Below are positions 1 through 9,741 of a DNA stretch of 64,000 bases, piece by piece. The stretch is from Escherichia phage EC128. Location of the stretch: sequence record ON210139.1; one strand, written 5' to 3'. Position 1 is the stretch's first letter. The number at the start of each line of letters is the position of its first letter. The notes beneath the pieces were generated by a model that saw only the letters and a program-made list of their open reading frames with translations, did not search any database and was not told the DNA's origin. The position numbers and the translations under genes are program-made.

Positions 1-10
1 TGAGGAAATT

Positions 11-2188
11 ATGATTATCACCACTGAAAAAGAAACAATTCTTGGTAATGGTTCTAAATCAAAAGCATTTAGCATCACAGCATCTCCTAAAGTATTTAAA
101 ATTCTGTCATCTGATTTGTATACAAACAAGATTCGCGCAGTAGTCCGTGAATTGATTACTAACATGATTGATGCCCATGCTCTCAATGGAAATCCTGAAA
201 AATTTATCATTCAAGTTCCAGGACGATTAGATCCGCGATTTGTTTGTCGAGATTTTGGTCCGGGTATGAGTGATTTTGATATTCAGGGTGATGATAATTC
301 TCCTGGGTTGTATAATTCATACTTCAGTTCATCTAAAGCTGAATCTAATGACTTTATTGGCGGATTTGGTTTAGGTTCTAAATCTCCGTTTAGTTATACT
401 GATACGTTTAGTATTACTTCTTATTATAAAGGTGAAATTCGTGGTTATGTAGCTTACATGGATGGTGATGGTCCACAGATTAAACCTACATTCGTAAAAG
501 AAATGGGTCCAGATGATAAAACTGGTATTGAAATCGTAGTTCCAGTTGAAGAAAAAGACTTTAGAAACTTTGCTTATGAAGTTTCTTATATCATGCGACC
601 GTTCAAAGATTTGGCTATCATTAATGGTCTTGACCGCGAAATTGATTATTTTCCGGATTTCGATGATTATTATGGCGTAAATCCAGAAAGATACTGGCCT
701 GATCGTGGTGGATTGTATGCTATCTACGGCGGTATTGTTTATCCTATCGATGGTGTTATTAGAGACCGTAACTGGCTAAGCATTCGCAATGAAGTGAATT
801 ACATTAAGTTTCCAATGGGTTCACTTGATATTGCTCCATCTCGCGAGGCTCTTTCACTGGATGATCGTACTCGTAAAAATATTATTGAACGAGTTAAAGA
901 ACTCAGTGAGAAAGCATTTAATGAAGATGTAAAACGATTTAAAGAATCTACATCTCCTCGTCATACATATCGTGAATTGATGAAGATGGGGTATTCTGCT
1001 CGAGATTATATGATTAGTAATTCAGTCAAATTCACGACTAAAAATCTGTCATATAAAAAGATGCAGAGCATGTTTGAACCTGATAGTAAGTTATGCAATG
1101 CAGGAGTTGTGTATGAAGTAAATCTTGACCCTCGGCTGAAACGTATTAAGCAAAGCCATGAAACTTCAGCCGTTGCATCAAGCTATCGTCTGTTTGGTAT
1201 TAATACAACAAAAATTAATATCGTTATTGATGATATTAAAAATCGTGTTAATATTGTCCGTGGATTAGCACATGCGTTAGATGATAGTGAATTTAATAAC
1301 ACTTTAAATATTCATCATAACGAACGCCTTCTGTTTATTAACCCAGAAGTAGAATCGCAGATTGATTTACTTCCTGATATTATGGCGATGTTTGAAAGTG
1401 ATGAAGTTAACATTCATTATTTGTCAGAAATTGAAGCTTTAGTTAAAAGCTATATTCCAAAGGTAGTTAAAAGTAAAGCTCCTCGTCCTAAAGCTGCTAC
1501 AGCATTTAAGTTTGAAATTAAAGACGGGCGCTGGGAAAAAGAGGAACTATTTACACTTACGTCAGAAGCAGATGAAATTACTGGTTATGTAGCGTATATG
1601 CATCGTTCTGATATTTTCTCTATGGATGGTACTACATCTCTTTGTCATCCATCTATGAATATTTTGATTCGTATGGCTAATCTTATTGGCATTAATGAAT
1701 TTTATGTTATTCGTCCGCTTTTACAGAAAAAGGTAAAAGAACTCGGTCAGTGCCAATGTATTTTTGAAGCTTTGCGTGATTTATATGTAGATGCTTTTGA
1801 TGATGTAGATTATGATAAGTATGTAGGTTATTCAAGTTCAGCTCAACGATATATTGATAAAATTATCAAGTATCCTGAACTAGATTTTATGATGAAGTAC
1901 TTCAGTACAGATGAAGTTTCTGAAGAATATACACGACTCGCTAATATAGTTAGTTCATTGCGCGGTGTATATTTTAATGGTGGAAAAGATACCATCGGTC
2001 ATGACATCTGGACAGTAACTAATCTTTTTGATGTATTATCAAATAATGCTTCAAAAAACAGTGATAAAATGGTTGCTGAGTTTACCAAGAAATTCCGTAT
2101 TGTTTCCGACTTCATCGGTTATCGCAACTCTTTAAGTGATGATGAAGTTTCCCAAATCGCTAAAACTATGAAGGCCCTTGCGGCCTAA
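11..2188 (+). CDS. rIIA: rIIA protein (rapid-lysis / Rex-exclusion phenotype)
   Basis: 725-aa ORF preceded by SD GAGGAAATT; sequence and length recognised as T-even rIIA. Confidence 0.95.
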   Translation: MIITTEKETILGNGSKSKAFSITASPKVFKILSSDLYTNKIRAVVRELITNMIDAHALNGNPEKFIIQVPGRLDPRFVCRDFGPGMSDFDIQGDDNSPGLYNSYFSSSKAESNDFIGGFGLGSKSPFSYTDTFSITSYYKGEIRGYVAYMDGDGPQIKPTFVKEMGPDDKTGIEIVVPVEEKDFRNFAYEVSYIMRPFKDLAIINGLDREIDYFPDFDDYYGVNPERYWPDRGGLYAIYGGIVYPIDGVIRDRNWLSIRNEVNYIKFPMGSLDIAPSREALSLDDRTRKNIIERVKELSEKAFNEDVKRFKESTSPRHTYRELMKMGYSARDYMISNSVKFTTKNLSYKKMQSMFEPDSKLCNAGVVYEVNLDPRLKRIKQSHETSAVASSYRLFGINTTKINIVIDDIKNRVNIVRGLAHALDDSEFNNTLNIHHNERLLFINPEVESQIDLLPDIMAMFESDEVNIHYLSEIEALVKSYIPKVVKSKAPRPKAATAFKFEIKDGRWEKEELFTLTSEADEITGYVAYMHRSDIFSMDGTTSLCHPSMNILIRMANLIGINEFYVIRPLLQKKVKELGQCQCIFEALRDLYVDAFDDVDYDKYVGYSSSAQRYIDKIIKYPELDFMMKYFSTDEVSEEYTRLANIVSSLRGVYFNGGKDTIGHDIWTVTNLFDVLSNNASKNSDKMVAEFTKKFRIVSDFIGYRNSLSDDEVSQIAKTMKALAA
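2045..2070 (+). promoter_or_regulatory. candidate MotA-dependent middle promoter inside the rIIA 3' end, reading into rIIB
   Basis: MotA-box-like AATGCTTCA followed 11 nt later by TAAAAT. Confidence 0.3.
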
Positions 2189-2199
2189 TAAGGAAAATT

Positions 2200-3138
2200 A
2201 TGTACAATATTAAATGCCTGACCAAAAACGAATAAGCTGAAATTGTTAAACTGTATTCAAGTGGTAATTACACCCAACAGGAATTGGCTGATTGGCAAGG
2301 TGTATCGGTTGACACAATCCGTCGTGTTTTGAAAAATGCTGAAGAAGCTAAACACCCTAAAGTTACTATTAGCGGTGATATTACAGTTAAAGTTAATAGC
2401 GATGCAGTTATTGCTCCAGTTGCTAAATCTGACATTATTTGGAATGCATCTAAAAAATTCATTTCAATTACTGTTGACGGTGTAACTTATAACGCAACTC
2501 CTAATACTCATTCAAACTTCCAGGAAATTCTTAATCTGCTTGTAGCGGATAAGTTGGAAGAAGCTGCACAAAAAATTAATGTTCGTCGCGCTGTTGAAAA
2601 ATATATTTCCGGCGATGTTCGAATTGAAGGTGGAAGCTTGTTCTATCAAAATATCGAATTGCGGTCTGGTTTGGTTGATCGTATTCTTGACTCGATGGAA
2701 AAAGGCGAAAACTTTGAATTTTATTTTCCGTTCTTGGAAAATCTGCTGGAAAACCCAAGCCAAAAAGCGGTATCTCGACTCTTTGATTTCTTGGTAGCAA
2801 ACGATATTGAAATTACAGAAGATGGTTACTTCTATGCTTGGAAAGTAGTTCGTAGCAATTACTTTGACTGTCACTCAAATACCTTTGATAACAGTCCTGG
2901 TAAAGTAGTTAAAATGCCACGTACTCGTGTAAATGACGATGATACACAAACTTGTTCTCGTGGTCTGCATGTGTGTTCTAAATCTTATATTCGTCACTTT
3001 GGCAGTTCAACCAGTCGAGTCGTAAAAGTTAAAGTACATCCTCGCGATGTAGTATCAATTCCGATTGATTACAACGACGCTAAAATGCGTACCTGCCAAT
3101 ACGAAGTAGTTGAAGACGTTACTGAACAATTTAAATAA
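2200..3138 (+). CDS. rIIB: rIIB protein; reading frame interrupted by an in-frame TAA at codon 12 (2233-2235)
   Basis: SD AGGAAAATT + ATG at 2200 encodes MYNIKCLTKNE then TAA; the same frame continues open to 3138 and encodes recognisable rIIB sequence (ADWQGVSVDTIRRVL...); total length equals the 312-codon T4 gene. Confidence 0.8.
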
Positions 3139-3166
3139 GGGCTTCGGCCCTTAACTAAGGAAAATT

Positions 3167-3361
3167 ATGTTAGGTTATCAAGCACGAGTAAAAGAAGAAT
3201 ACGATCAATTAATGCTCAAAATTAATGCACTGAGTAAATTTTTAGAAAGCGCAAAGTTTCTAACAGTTAGTGCAGTTGAGCAAGAACTACTACTTTCACA
3301 GTTCATCTCAATGAAATCTTATGCTGAATGTTTAGAGAAAAGAATTGCACAATTCAAATAA
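3167..3361 (+). CDS. hypothetical early protein (64 aa)
   Basis: ORF with SD AAGGAAAATT ahead of ATG; bracketed by GGGCTTCGGCCC hairpins. Confidence 0.5.
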   Translation: MLGYQARVKEEYDQLMLKINALSKFLESAKFLTVSAVEQELLLSQFISMKSYAECLEKRIAQFK

Positions 3362-3366
3362 AATAA

Positions 3367-3387
3367 GGGGCTTCGGCCCTTTTGTTT
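3367..3387 (+). terminator. rho-independent terminator-like hairpin (UUCG tetraloop) plus T-run
   Basis: GGGGCTTCGGCCC followed by TTTTGTTTT. Confidence 0.5.
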
Positions 3388-3444
3388 TAAGAGAAATTAT
3401 GATTTATATGAATATCAGTGATTCCGACATAAAGGAAAGTTTAA

Positions 3445-4002
3445 ATGCAGAAAACGAATCCGGGTTTACAGAGACTATTTCAGATTCCGACATTTACCCT
3501 ATCGAACAGTGACTTGACTAGTGAAATGAAGGTCAAAATTGCTGATACAGCAAGATACTCTTTAAAACAAAACCCAAATCAGGATAAGACAGAAGTTATC
3601 GAAAGATGTCGTATTGCTGTGTACGCAGAGTTTTTTGTGGCAGATTGGCTAAGCGGATATGTCAATAAAGGCCAAGAAGATGTCGATGATCCGTACACAT
3701 ATGCATGGGATGTATTGGCGCATCCAAAATACTGCGGGCTTCGTGTAGAAGTTAAGACACATCAAACTGACTCACGTTGGATTTCGGTAACAACAGGATG
3801 CAGCGGAGAGTATCCATATGGTTCTGGAATAAATCTAGGGCCCATTCTAAATCATCAAGTCGCTGACTGTATAATTATATTCAACACTAAAGAAATTCAT
3901 CCAGGTGTCATCCAGTACACTCCGAAGTTCATCGGTGACAGAGAAGACCTTCGTAAGGTTGTAAGAAAAAGCAACTACAACGGATGGTATCTTTCCATTT
4001 AA
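3445..4002 (+). CDS. denB: endonuclease IV (cytosine-DNA specific)
   Basis: 185-aa ORF; length and sequence recognised as T4 DenB; SD AAGGAAAG. Confidence 0.85.
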   Translation: MQKTNPGLQRLFQIPTFTLSNSDLTSEMKVKIADTARYSLKQNPNQDKTEVIERCRIAVYAEFFVADWLSGYVNKGQEDVDDPYTYAWDVLAHPKYCGLRVEVKTHQTDSRWISVTTGCSGEYPYGSGINLGPILNHQVADCIIIFNTKEIHPGVIQYTPKFIGDREDLRKVVRKSNYNGWYLSI

Positions 4003-4018
4003 AAAATTTCACAAAACA

Positions 4019-4048
4019 GTTTACATACCACAAGGACCGTGGTACTAT
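4019..4048 (+). promoter_or_regulatory. T4-type early promoter
   Basis: A-rich upstream element, -35 GTTTAC, 18-bp spacer, TACTAT. Confidence 0.55.
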
Positions 4049-4082
4049 ACAACTATCAACTGATACGGATTTGGAGAGTAAA

Positions 4083-4346
4083 ATGAAATTTAAATTTTAT
4101 TATGCTAAGCATAAAATAACTGATGAGTTTGTGTCAGTTGAATATTCTAGTGATGATGAAGGCATGATTTATACTCGCTTAGGATTATCGCATTGGGAGT
4201 CTGATCAGCCTTATTTTTCAACTCCTGAAGAAATTACACGCTTAGTTAATGGTCATATGAATGACCACTGGAATGTAATTCTTTCAGATAGTCTTAAAGA
4301 GGCTATTAATAGTAATGAAATGAAAATCGCTGAGATTGAGCTATGA
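4083..4346 (+). CDS. hypothetical early protein (87 aa)
   Basis: ATG at 4083 with SD GGAGAGTAAA; the longer track ORF from 3984 would overlap denB and the promoter. Confidence 0.5.
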   Translation: MKFKFYYAKHKITDEFVSVEYSSDDEGMIYTRLGLSHWESDQPYFSTPEEITRLVNGHMNDHWNVILSDSLKEAINSNEMKIAEIEL

Positions 4347-4531
4347 GTTCATTATGGTGGTGTTTTGTTTGGTTAATTAGTATTCCAGTAATTTGTTTAA
4401 CATTTACTTTTGTGATGAGGTTATTATGAAAATTTTGAATTCTGTACTTATTGCTTGTGCGTGGTGGGTTGCACAGGTTTCAGCGGTAGTAGTTGGTATT
4501 CACATTTATTACGAATATTTTTAAAAAAGTT

Positions 4532-4561
4532 GTTTACAAGACTGTTCCTCCGTGGTACTAT
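4532..4561 (+). promoter_or_regulatory. T4-type early promoter
   Basis: -35 GTTTAC, 18-bp spacer, TACTAT; leader ACTATTACCCTATCAACTA also found at 25671. Confidence 0.55.
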
Positions 4562-4589
4562 TACCCTATCAACTACGGAGGAACACAAA

Positions 4590-4703
4590 ATGAAAAAGAT
4601 TGTTAAAGCTATATGGAATGTAGTTATAATACTAATAGTTTTGAGTATATTCCCAATCGTTTTAATGATTGATGTATTAAACGTTTACTTTGGATTTATG
4701 TGA
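4590..4703 (+). CDS. small hydrophobic membrane peptide (37 aa)
   Basis: SD GGAGGAACACAAA + ATG; almost entirely hydrophobic (IWNVVIILIVLSIFPIVLMI). Confidence 0.4.
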   Translation: MKKIVKAIWNVVIILIVLSIFPIVLMIDVLNVYFGFM

Positions 4704-4710
4704 GGAAAAT

Positions 4711-4908
4711 ATGAAGCGTAAACGCAGTGCTTTTACATTTATTGAATGGTTTTTCGATAATATTTTTCCGGCTTTATTCATTTTCATGCTGATTTTTGCC
4801 TTAGGTTCAGTTGTAGTTGGAATCTATTTGATGGCAGTAGTCGGAATGGATATTCATCAAAATGGTTTAAAATCCGTAGTTGAAACAATTTGGAATGGTG
4901 TAAAATGA
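4711..4908 (+). CDS. small membrane protein (65 aa)
   Basis: SD GAGGAAAAT + ATG; hydrophobic core FPALFIFMLIFALGSVVVGIYLMAVVG. Confidence 0.45.
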   Translation: MKRKRSAFTFIEWFFDNIFPALFIFMLIFALGSVVVGIYLMAVVGMDIHQNGLKSVVETIWNGVK

Positions 4909-5015
4909 TGAATTTACTAAACATTTGGTTTTATATTCTTATGTTTTACATTGGTGCAAATTTTCCATATTGGATGGGATGGTCAACAACTGCGTTTGGA
5001 TTTTATATTCCTTGA
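4905..5015 (+). CDS. small hydrophobic peptide (36 aa)
   Basis: ATG overlapping the upstream stop (ATGA); aromatic and hydrophobic composition; below the ORF-track length cutoff. Confidence 0.3.
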   Translation: MMNLLNIWFYILMFYIGANFPYWMGWSTTAFGFYIP

Positions 5016-5023
5016 GGTGAATT

Positions 5024-5239
5024 ATGAAAATTTTTAAAGATGTAAAAGTTGGCGAAATTTTTTGCTTGGATAGTGGTGATCAGTTAATTCGTATTTCACC
5101 TCTTAAGAGCACCAGCGAGAAAATGACAGTTAATGCTACTTTAGCAAACAATAGTAATGAACGTTTCTGTATTGAAAATGATACTGAAACTTATACCGTA
5201 GAAGAGTTTTGGGAATTGAGCGTCGACTGCGACGATTAA
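5024..5239 (+). CDS. hypothetical early protein (71 aa)
   Basis: ORF with SD GAGGTGAATT. Confidence 0.5.
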   Translation: MKIFKDVKVGEIFCLDSGDQLIRISPLKSTSEKMTVNATLANNSNERFCIENDTETYTVEEFWELSVDCDD

Positions 5240-5299
5240 TTTAATGGCCGCGTGTATTCATGCGGCCTTGGAGTAGAAAATAATTTAGAGGAAATTAAT

Positions 5300-5758
5300 A
5301 TGAAATATATGACTGTTACTGATCTGAATAATGCAGGCGCTACCGTTATTGGTACAATCAAGAACGGTGAATGGTTTTTGGGAGTTCCACATAAAGATAT
5401 TTTATCTAAACCTGGATTTTATTTTTTAGTAAGTAAATTAGATGGTCGTCCATTTAGTAATCCGTGCGTGTCTGCACGATTTTATGTAGGTAATCAGCGT
5501 TCTAAGCAAGGATTCAGTGCGGTTCTAAGTCATATTCGTCAGCGTCGGTCTCAGCTTGCACGTACTATTGCAAATAACAATGTTCCATACACAGTATTTT
5601 ATCTGCCTGCTTCTAAGATGAAACCTCTGACGACGGGATTTGGTAAAGGTCAGTTAGCTTTGGCGTTTACTCGTAATCATCATTCTGAGTATCAAACACT
5701 TGAAGAAATGAACCGTATGTTGGCTGATAACTTTAAATTTGTTTTGCAGGCATATTAA
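5300..5758 (+). CDS. ndd: nucleoid disruption protein
   Basis: about 152-aa ORF from [13 protein letters not shown] with SD AGAGGAAATTAAT; recognised as T4 Ndd. Confidence 0.8.
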
Positions 5759-5838
5759 TGAGTAATTTCCATAACGAACACGTGATGCAGTTCTATCGTA
5801 ACAATCTTAAAACCAAAGGCGTCTTCGGACGCCAGTGA
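5758..5838 (+). CDS. stp: Stp peptide (26 aa), modulator of the host PrrC anticodon nuclease / EcoprrI system
   Basis: ATG overlaps the ndd stop; encodes [26 protein letters not shown]. Confidence 0.75.
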
Positions 5839-5845
5839 GGAAAAT

Positions 5846-6004
5846 ATGAATATCGCAAAATTATTAGGAGTTATTTCATTTATTTGTTGGATAGTAGCAT
5901 GTGTTTTAACTATCTGTATTGATGCCAGCAGTGTGTTTTCGCAAGCTTTAGCTCAGGGTATGTGTGCATATTTAACATTTGTGTTGTTATCTACTAATGA
6001 TTAA
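5846..6004 (+). CDS. ac: small membrane protein (52 aa), acriflavine-sensitivity protein candidate
   Basis: SD GAGGAAAAT + ATG; hydrophobic 52-aa ORF at the position ac occupies in T4. Confidence 0.6.
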   Translation: MNIAKLLGVISFICWIVACVLTICIDASSVFSQALAQGMCAYLTFVLLSTND

Positions 6005-6141
6005 GAAAATCTTGGGCTATTCACTAGCCCTTGCTACTTTATTGGTAGCACTATATTATGGAGTAATGTTCGGATTAATTCAAGTCGTGCTTTTCATTTC
6101 TGATGTTATTATGGCACTACATTCACTAGTATGGTAAATTT

Positions 6142-7470
6142 ATGCAACTGAATAATCGCGATTTAAAAAGTATCATTGATAATGAAGCATTGGCTTATGC
6201 TATGTACACGGTTGAAAATCGTGCTATCCCAAATATGATTGACGGATTTAAGCCAGTTCAACGATTTGTTATTGCTCGAGCTCTTGATTTGGCACGAGGA
6301 AATAAAGATAAGTTTCACAAACTCGCTTCTATCGCAGGCGGTGTAGCGGACCTTGGATATCATCATGGTGAAAACTCTGCGCAAGACGCAGGTGCTTTGA
6401 TGGCTAACACTTGGAATAATAACTTTCCTCTGTTAGATGGTCAAGGAAACTTTGGTTCTCGTACCGTCCAAAAAGCAGCAGCAAGTCGTTATATTTTTGC
6501 TCGTGTAAGTAAAAATTTCTATAACGTATATAAAGATACTGAATATGCCCCGGTACATCAAGATAAAGAACACATTCCGCCTGCTTTCTATTTGCCTATT
6601 ATTCCTACTGTTCTTCTTAATGGCGTTTCCGGTATTGCAACTGGTTATGCAACTTACATTCTTCCTCATAGTGTTTCTTCTGTCAAGAAAGCTGTACTGC
6701 AAGCTCTTCAAGGAAAGAAAGTAACTAAACCGAAGGTAGAATTCCCAGAATTTCGTGGTGAAGTCGTTGAGATTGATGGTCAATATGAAATTCGCGGAAC
6801 ATATAAGTTTACTTCACGAACTCAAATGCATATCACTGAGATTCCATATAAGTATGATCGTGAAACTTATGTGAGTAAAATCTTAGACCCACTTGAAGAT
6901 AAAGGCTTCATTACATGGGATGATGCTTGCGGTGAGCACGGTTTTGGATTCAAAGTTAAATTCCGTAAAGAATATTCTTTGAGCGATAATGAAGAAGAAC
7001 GCCATGCAAAAATTATGAAAGACTTCGGGTTGATTGAGCGTCGTTCTCAGAATATTACGGTTATTAATGAGAAAGGAAAACTACAAGTTTACGATAACGT
7101 AGTCGATTTAATTAAAGACTTTGTTGAAGTTCGTAAAACTTATGTTCAAAAACGAATTGATAACAAAATCAAAGAAACTGAGTCAGCTTTTCGTTTAGCC
7201 TTTGCCAAGGCACATTTCATTAAGAAAGTAATTTCAGGCGAAATCGTTGTGCAGGGTAAAACTCGCAAAGAACTGACCGAAGAACTTTCTAAAATTGAGA
7301 TGTATTCTTCTTATGTTGATAAACTAGTTGGTATGAATATTTTTCATATGACTTCTGATGAAGCAAAGAAACTTGCTGAAGAAGCTAAAGCTAAAAAAGA
7401 AGAAAACGAATATTGGAAAACTACTGATGTAGTTACTGAATACACTAAAGATTTAGAGGAAATCAAATGA
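6142..7470 (+). CDS. 52: DNA topoisomerase II medium subunit (GyrA-like)
   Basis: 442-aa ORF; N-terminal topoisomerase motifs; recognised as T4 gp52. Confidence 0.95.
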   Translation: MQLNNRDLKSIIDNEALAYAMYTVENRAIPNMIDGFKPVQRFVIARALDLARGNKDKFHKLASIAGGVADLGYHHGENSAQDAGALMANTWNNNFPLLDGQGNFGSRTVQKAAASRYIFARVSKNFYNVYKDTEYAPVHQDKEHIPPAFYLPIIPTVLLNGVSGIATGYATYILPHSVSSVKKAVLQALQGKKVTKPKVEFPEFRGEVVEIDGQYEIRGTYKFTSRTQMHITEIPYKYDRETYVSKILDPLEDKGFITWDDACGEHGFGFKVKFRKEYSLSDNEEERHAKIMKDFGLIERRSQNITVINEKGKLQVYDNVVDLIKDFVEVRKTYVQKRIDNKIKETESAFRLAFAKAHFIKKVISGEIVVQGKTRKELTEELSKIEMYSSYVDKLVGMNIFHMTSDEAKKLAEEAKAKKEENEYWKTTDVVTEYTKDLEEIK

Positions 7471-7616
7471 GTCCATTTATAGGTATTACAAGCGCAGCAT
7501 TAGTATCTGGCGGAATTTTACTAGCGGGGGTAGGTGTTGTTCCAGCCGTAGCAGGAGGTCTTCTTGCGTTCGGCATTCAACGTGTTATCATGACAGTTAT
7601 CACAGTCATGCAGTAA
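7467..7616 (+). CDS. small glycine-rich hydrophobic peptide (49 aa)
   Basis: ATG overlapping the gene 52 stop; transmembrane-like GILLAGVGVVPAVAGGLLAFG. Confidence 0.35.
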   Translation: MSPFIGITSAALVSGGILLAGVGVVPAVAGGLLAFGIQRVIMTVITVMQ

Positions 7617-7621
7617 TTTTA

Positions 7622-7650
7622 GGGAGAGCCGAGGCTCTCCCTTTTTTATT
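7622..7650 (+). terminator. rho-independent terminator
   Basis: GGGAGAGCC-GAGG-CTCTCCC hairpin followed by TTTTTTATTTT. Confidence 0.7.
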
Positions 7651-7672
7651 TTAAAATTTTTTCACAAAACGG

Positions 7673-7702
7673 TTTACAACCAAAGCATACTGTCAACTAC
7701 TG
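7673..7702 (+). promoter_or_regulatory. early promoter upstream of motA
   Basis: upstream TTTTTTCACAAAAC + GTTTAC; -10 region less canonical. Confidence 0.4.
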
Positions 7703-7726
7703 ATACAGAATTACGGAGATTAGAAA

Positions 7727-8362
7727 ATGTCTAAAGTAACTTACATCATCAAAGCTTCTAACGATGTTCTGAATGAAAAAACTGCTGCGATTTTAATTAC
7801 TATTGCTAAGAAAGATTTCATTACAGCTGCAGAAGTTCGTGAGGTGCATCCAGATTTAGGTAACGCAGTAGTTAATAGTAATATTGGGGTATTGATTAAA
7901 AAAGGCCTGGTGGAGAAATCTGGTGATGGATTAATCATTACAGGTGAAGCTCAGGATATTATTTCAAATGCAGCAACTTTATATGCACAGGAAAATGCTC
8001 CGGAACTACTGAAAAAACGAGCAACTCGTAAAGCTCGCGAGATTACTTCCGATATGGAAGAAGATAAAGACCTCATGTTAAAACTTTTAGATGAAAATGG
8101 ATTTGTTCTTAAAAAGGTTGAAACTTATCGTAGTAATTATCTTGCCATTTTAGAAAAACGCACTCACGGAATTCGTAATTTTGAAATTAACAACAATGGA
8201 AACATGCGAATTTTTGGATACAAAATGATGGAACATCATATTCAGAAATTTACTGACATCGGAATGTCATGTAAAATCGCTAAAAGCGGTAATGTGTATC
8301 TTGACATTAAACGCTCGGTAGAAAACATTGAAGCAGTAATCACTGTAGCATCTGAACTGTGA
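7727..8362 (+). CDS. motA: MotA activator of middle-period transcription
   Basis: 211-aa ORF; recognised as T4 MotA. Confidence 0.95.
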   Translation: MSKVTYIIKASNDVLNEKTAAILITIAKKDFITAAEVREVHPDLGNAVVNSNIGVLIKKGLVEKSGDGLIITGEAQDIISNAATLYAQENAPELLKKRATRKAREITSDMEEDKDLMLKLLDENGFVLKKVETYRSNYLAILEKRTHGIRNFEINNNGNMRIFGYKMMEHHIQKFTDIGMSCKIAKSGNVYLDIKRSVENIEAVITVASEL

Positions 8363-8372
8363 GGAATAAATA

Positions 8373-8702
8373 ATGAACAAGTTAGAAATTGTTAATGAAC
8401 TTCGTCGTTGTGCAGAACCTACCCAAGAGGGTTGGGACATCTGGTATCATGGAGCTTATCTTGGAACTATCGTAAAGATTAAGACTGGTAAATACATGAT
8501 TATTCGTGAAAGTAAAGATGCTCCAGTAGGTATTCGCAATAATTTCATGGCAGCGATAAGTTCCTTTACAGATGCAGCTTACGAAATTTACCTTGCCGAT
8601 TATAAAGAATTCCAGGAATCTCAACCGGTTATTCGTTCAATTGGTGTTAACAAAGCTCAGCAGAAAACTTTGTGGCAACGTATTAAAGGATGGTTTAAAT
8701 GA
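8373..8702 (+). CDS. hypothetical early protein (109 aa)
   Basis: ORF with SD; lies between motA and arn. Confidence 0.5.
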   Translation: MNKLEIVNELRRCAEPTQEGWDIWYHGAYLGTIVKIKTGKYMIIRESKDAPVGIRNNFMAAISSFTDAAYEIYLADYKEFQESQPVIRSIGVNKAQQKTLWQRIKGWFK

Positions 8703-9160
8703 AAACTTTTAAAGAACGTTTAGCTCTGTTAGATAAAGCTTTGACGCGTGAGACTCCGGAAAGTCTGGCTGCTAAATTAGCTTCTTACGGTGGTGAATAT
8801 ACAGAACAAAATGTTTTAGATGAAGTTCCTGAAATCTGTTGGCAGACTCTGTATTGGGATGAAAACCAAAAGTATCAACGACGAATTGTCTGCGCAGCCA
8901 ACCGTTTTAAATTAAAAGATGGACGAACTCTTATTATTCCAGGTGCTCGTCATTATTCTAAAGACATGGCAGAAGTTTTAGATGTAGTTAAACCTCAATT
9001 AGTTACTCAACAAGTTTGTGATGATGACCAAGGGTTTATTGACCAATATAGTAATTATTGGACACGTGAAGAAGCAATGATTATTGCAACTTACGCTGGA
9101 CAAGTACGTATTGAACGTGGTGGTAATGAAAAAGAGCTTTACTCTGAGGACCTTTACTAA
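8699..9160 (+). CDS. hypothetical early protein (153 aa)
   Basis: ORF start overlaps the upstream stop (ATGA coupling). Confidence 0.5.
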   Translation: MKTFKERLALLDKALTRETPESLAAKLASYGGEYTEQNVLDEVPEICWQTLYWDENQKYQRRIVCAANRFKLKDGRTLIIPGARHYSKDMAEVLDVVKPQLVTQQVCDDDQGFIDQYSNYWTREEAMIIATYAGQVRIERGGNEKELYSEDLY

Positions 9161-9456
9161 TGAATATTAAAAAGTTTCAAATTGATGGAATTATGAATCA
9201 AATCCAGGCATTGGAATATGCTAATAAAATGATGTCAACTAATTGGGGAATTTATACCAATGAGTCGGGATTTAAGTTCTGTGATATGGAATTCACCAAA
9301 AAGCTTGTAGGAAAAGATTATGTATGTCCATTTAGTTCTCCAGTAAATGGAATGTTAAAACCTGCTTTACGCGATCTTTATATTGCGATGAACGAAGAAA
9401 TGATAAAAGAGTTAAAACGTCAACTGAAGGTGATTCAATTTGGCCAGGGAAATTAA
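9160..9456 (+). CDS. hypothetical early protein (98 aa)
   Basis: ORF coupled to the upstream stop. Confidence 0.5.
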   Translation: MNIKKFQIDGIMNQIQALEYANKMMSTNWGIYTNESGFKFCDMEFTKKLVGKDYVCPFSSPVNGMLKPALRDLYIAMNEEMIKELKRQLKVIQFGQGN

Positions 9457-9658
9457 TTCAAAATCTGACTATTTTAATTCTCTCAATGATAAAGATAAAA
9501 ATCTAATACGGCATTTTATTGTTGAGATGGGATATACTGATACACGTGATTTAAGAGAACACATATTTGAATGTGGTGTAGCTAAAAAGTTTTCATTCAC
9601 ATGCAAATGTTTAAGAGAGGTAATTCAGCACTATGAACAATTTAGTCGCAAAACATAA
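9440..9658 (+). CDS. hypothetical protein (72 aa from a TTG codon; true start uncertain)
   Basis: open frame with cysteine pairs; no ATG with a good SD at the 5' end. Confidence 0.25.
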   Translation: MAREINSKSDYFNSLNDKDKNLIRHFIVEMGYTDTRDLREHIFECGVAKKFSFTCKCLREVIQHYEQFSRKT

Positions 9659-9741
9659 TTTTAATAAAGCTTCTGTCCATAAAGATAAGAAGAAAGCGTT
9701 TAAAGAATCTAATCGCAAACAGAAACATAAGGGGAAGGTCT

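Noticed and set aside
2268-2874. - strand ORFs (64, 120 and 74 aa) and a + strand 72-aa ORF within rIIB
   Set aside because: They overlap the recognisable rIIB frame, lack ribosome-binding sites and have odd composition; shadow ORFs.
3984-4082. N-terminal extension of the 120-aa track ORF overlapping the denB 3' end
   Set aside because: This stretch contains an early promoter (GTTTAC at 4019) and a strong SD just before ATG 4083; the gene most likely starts at 4083.
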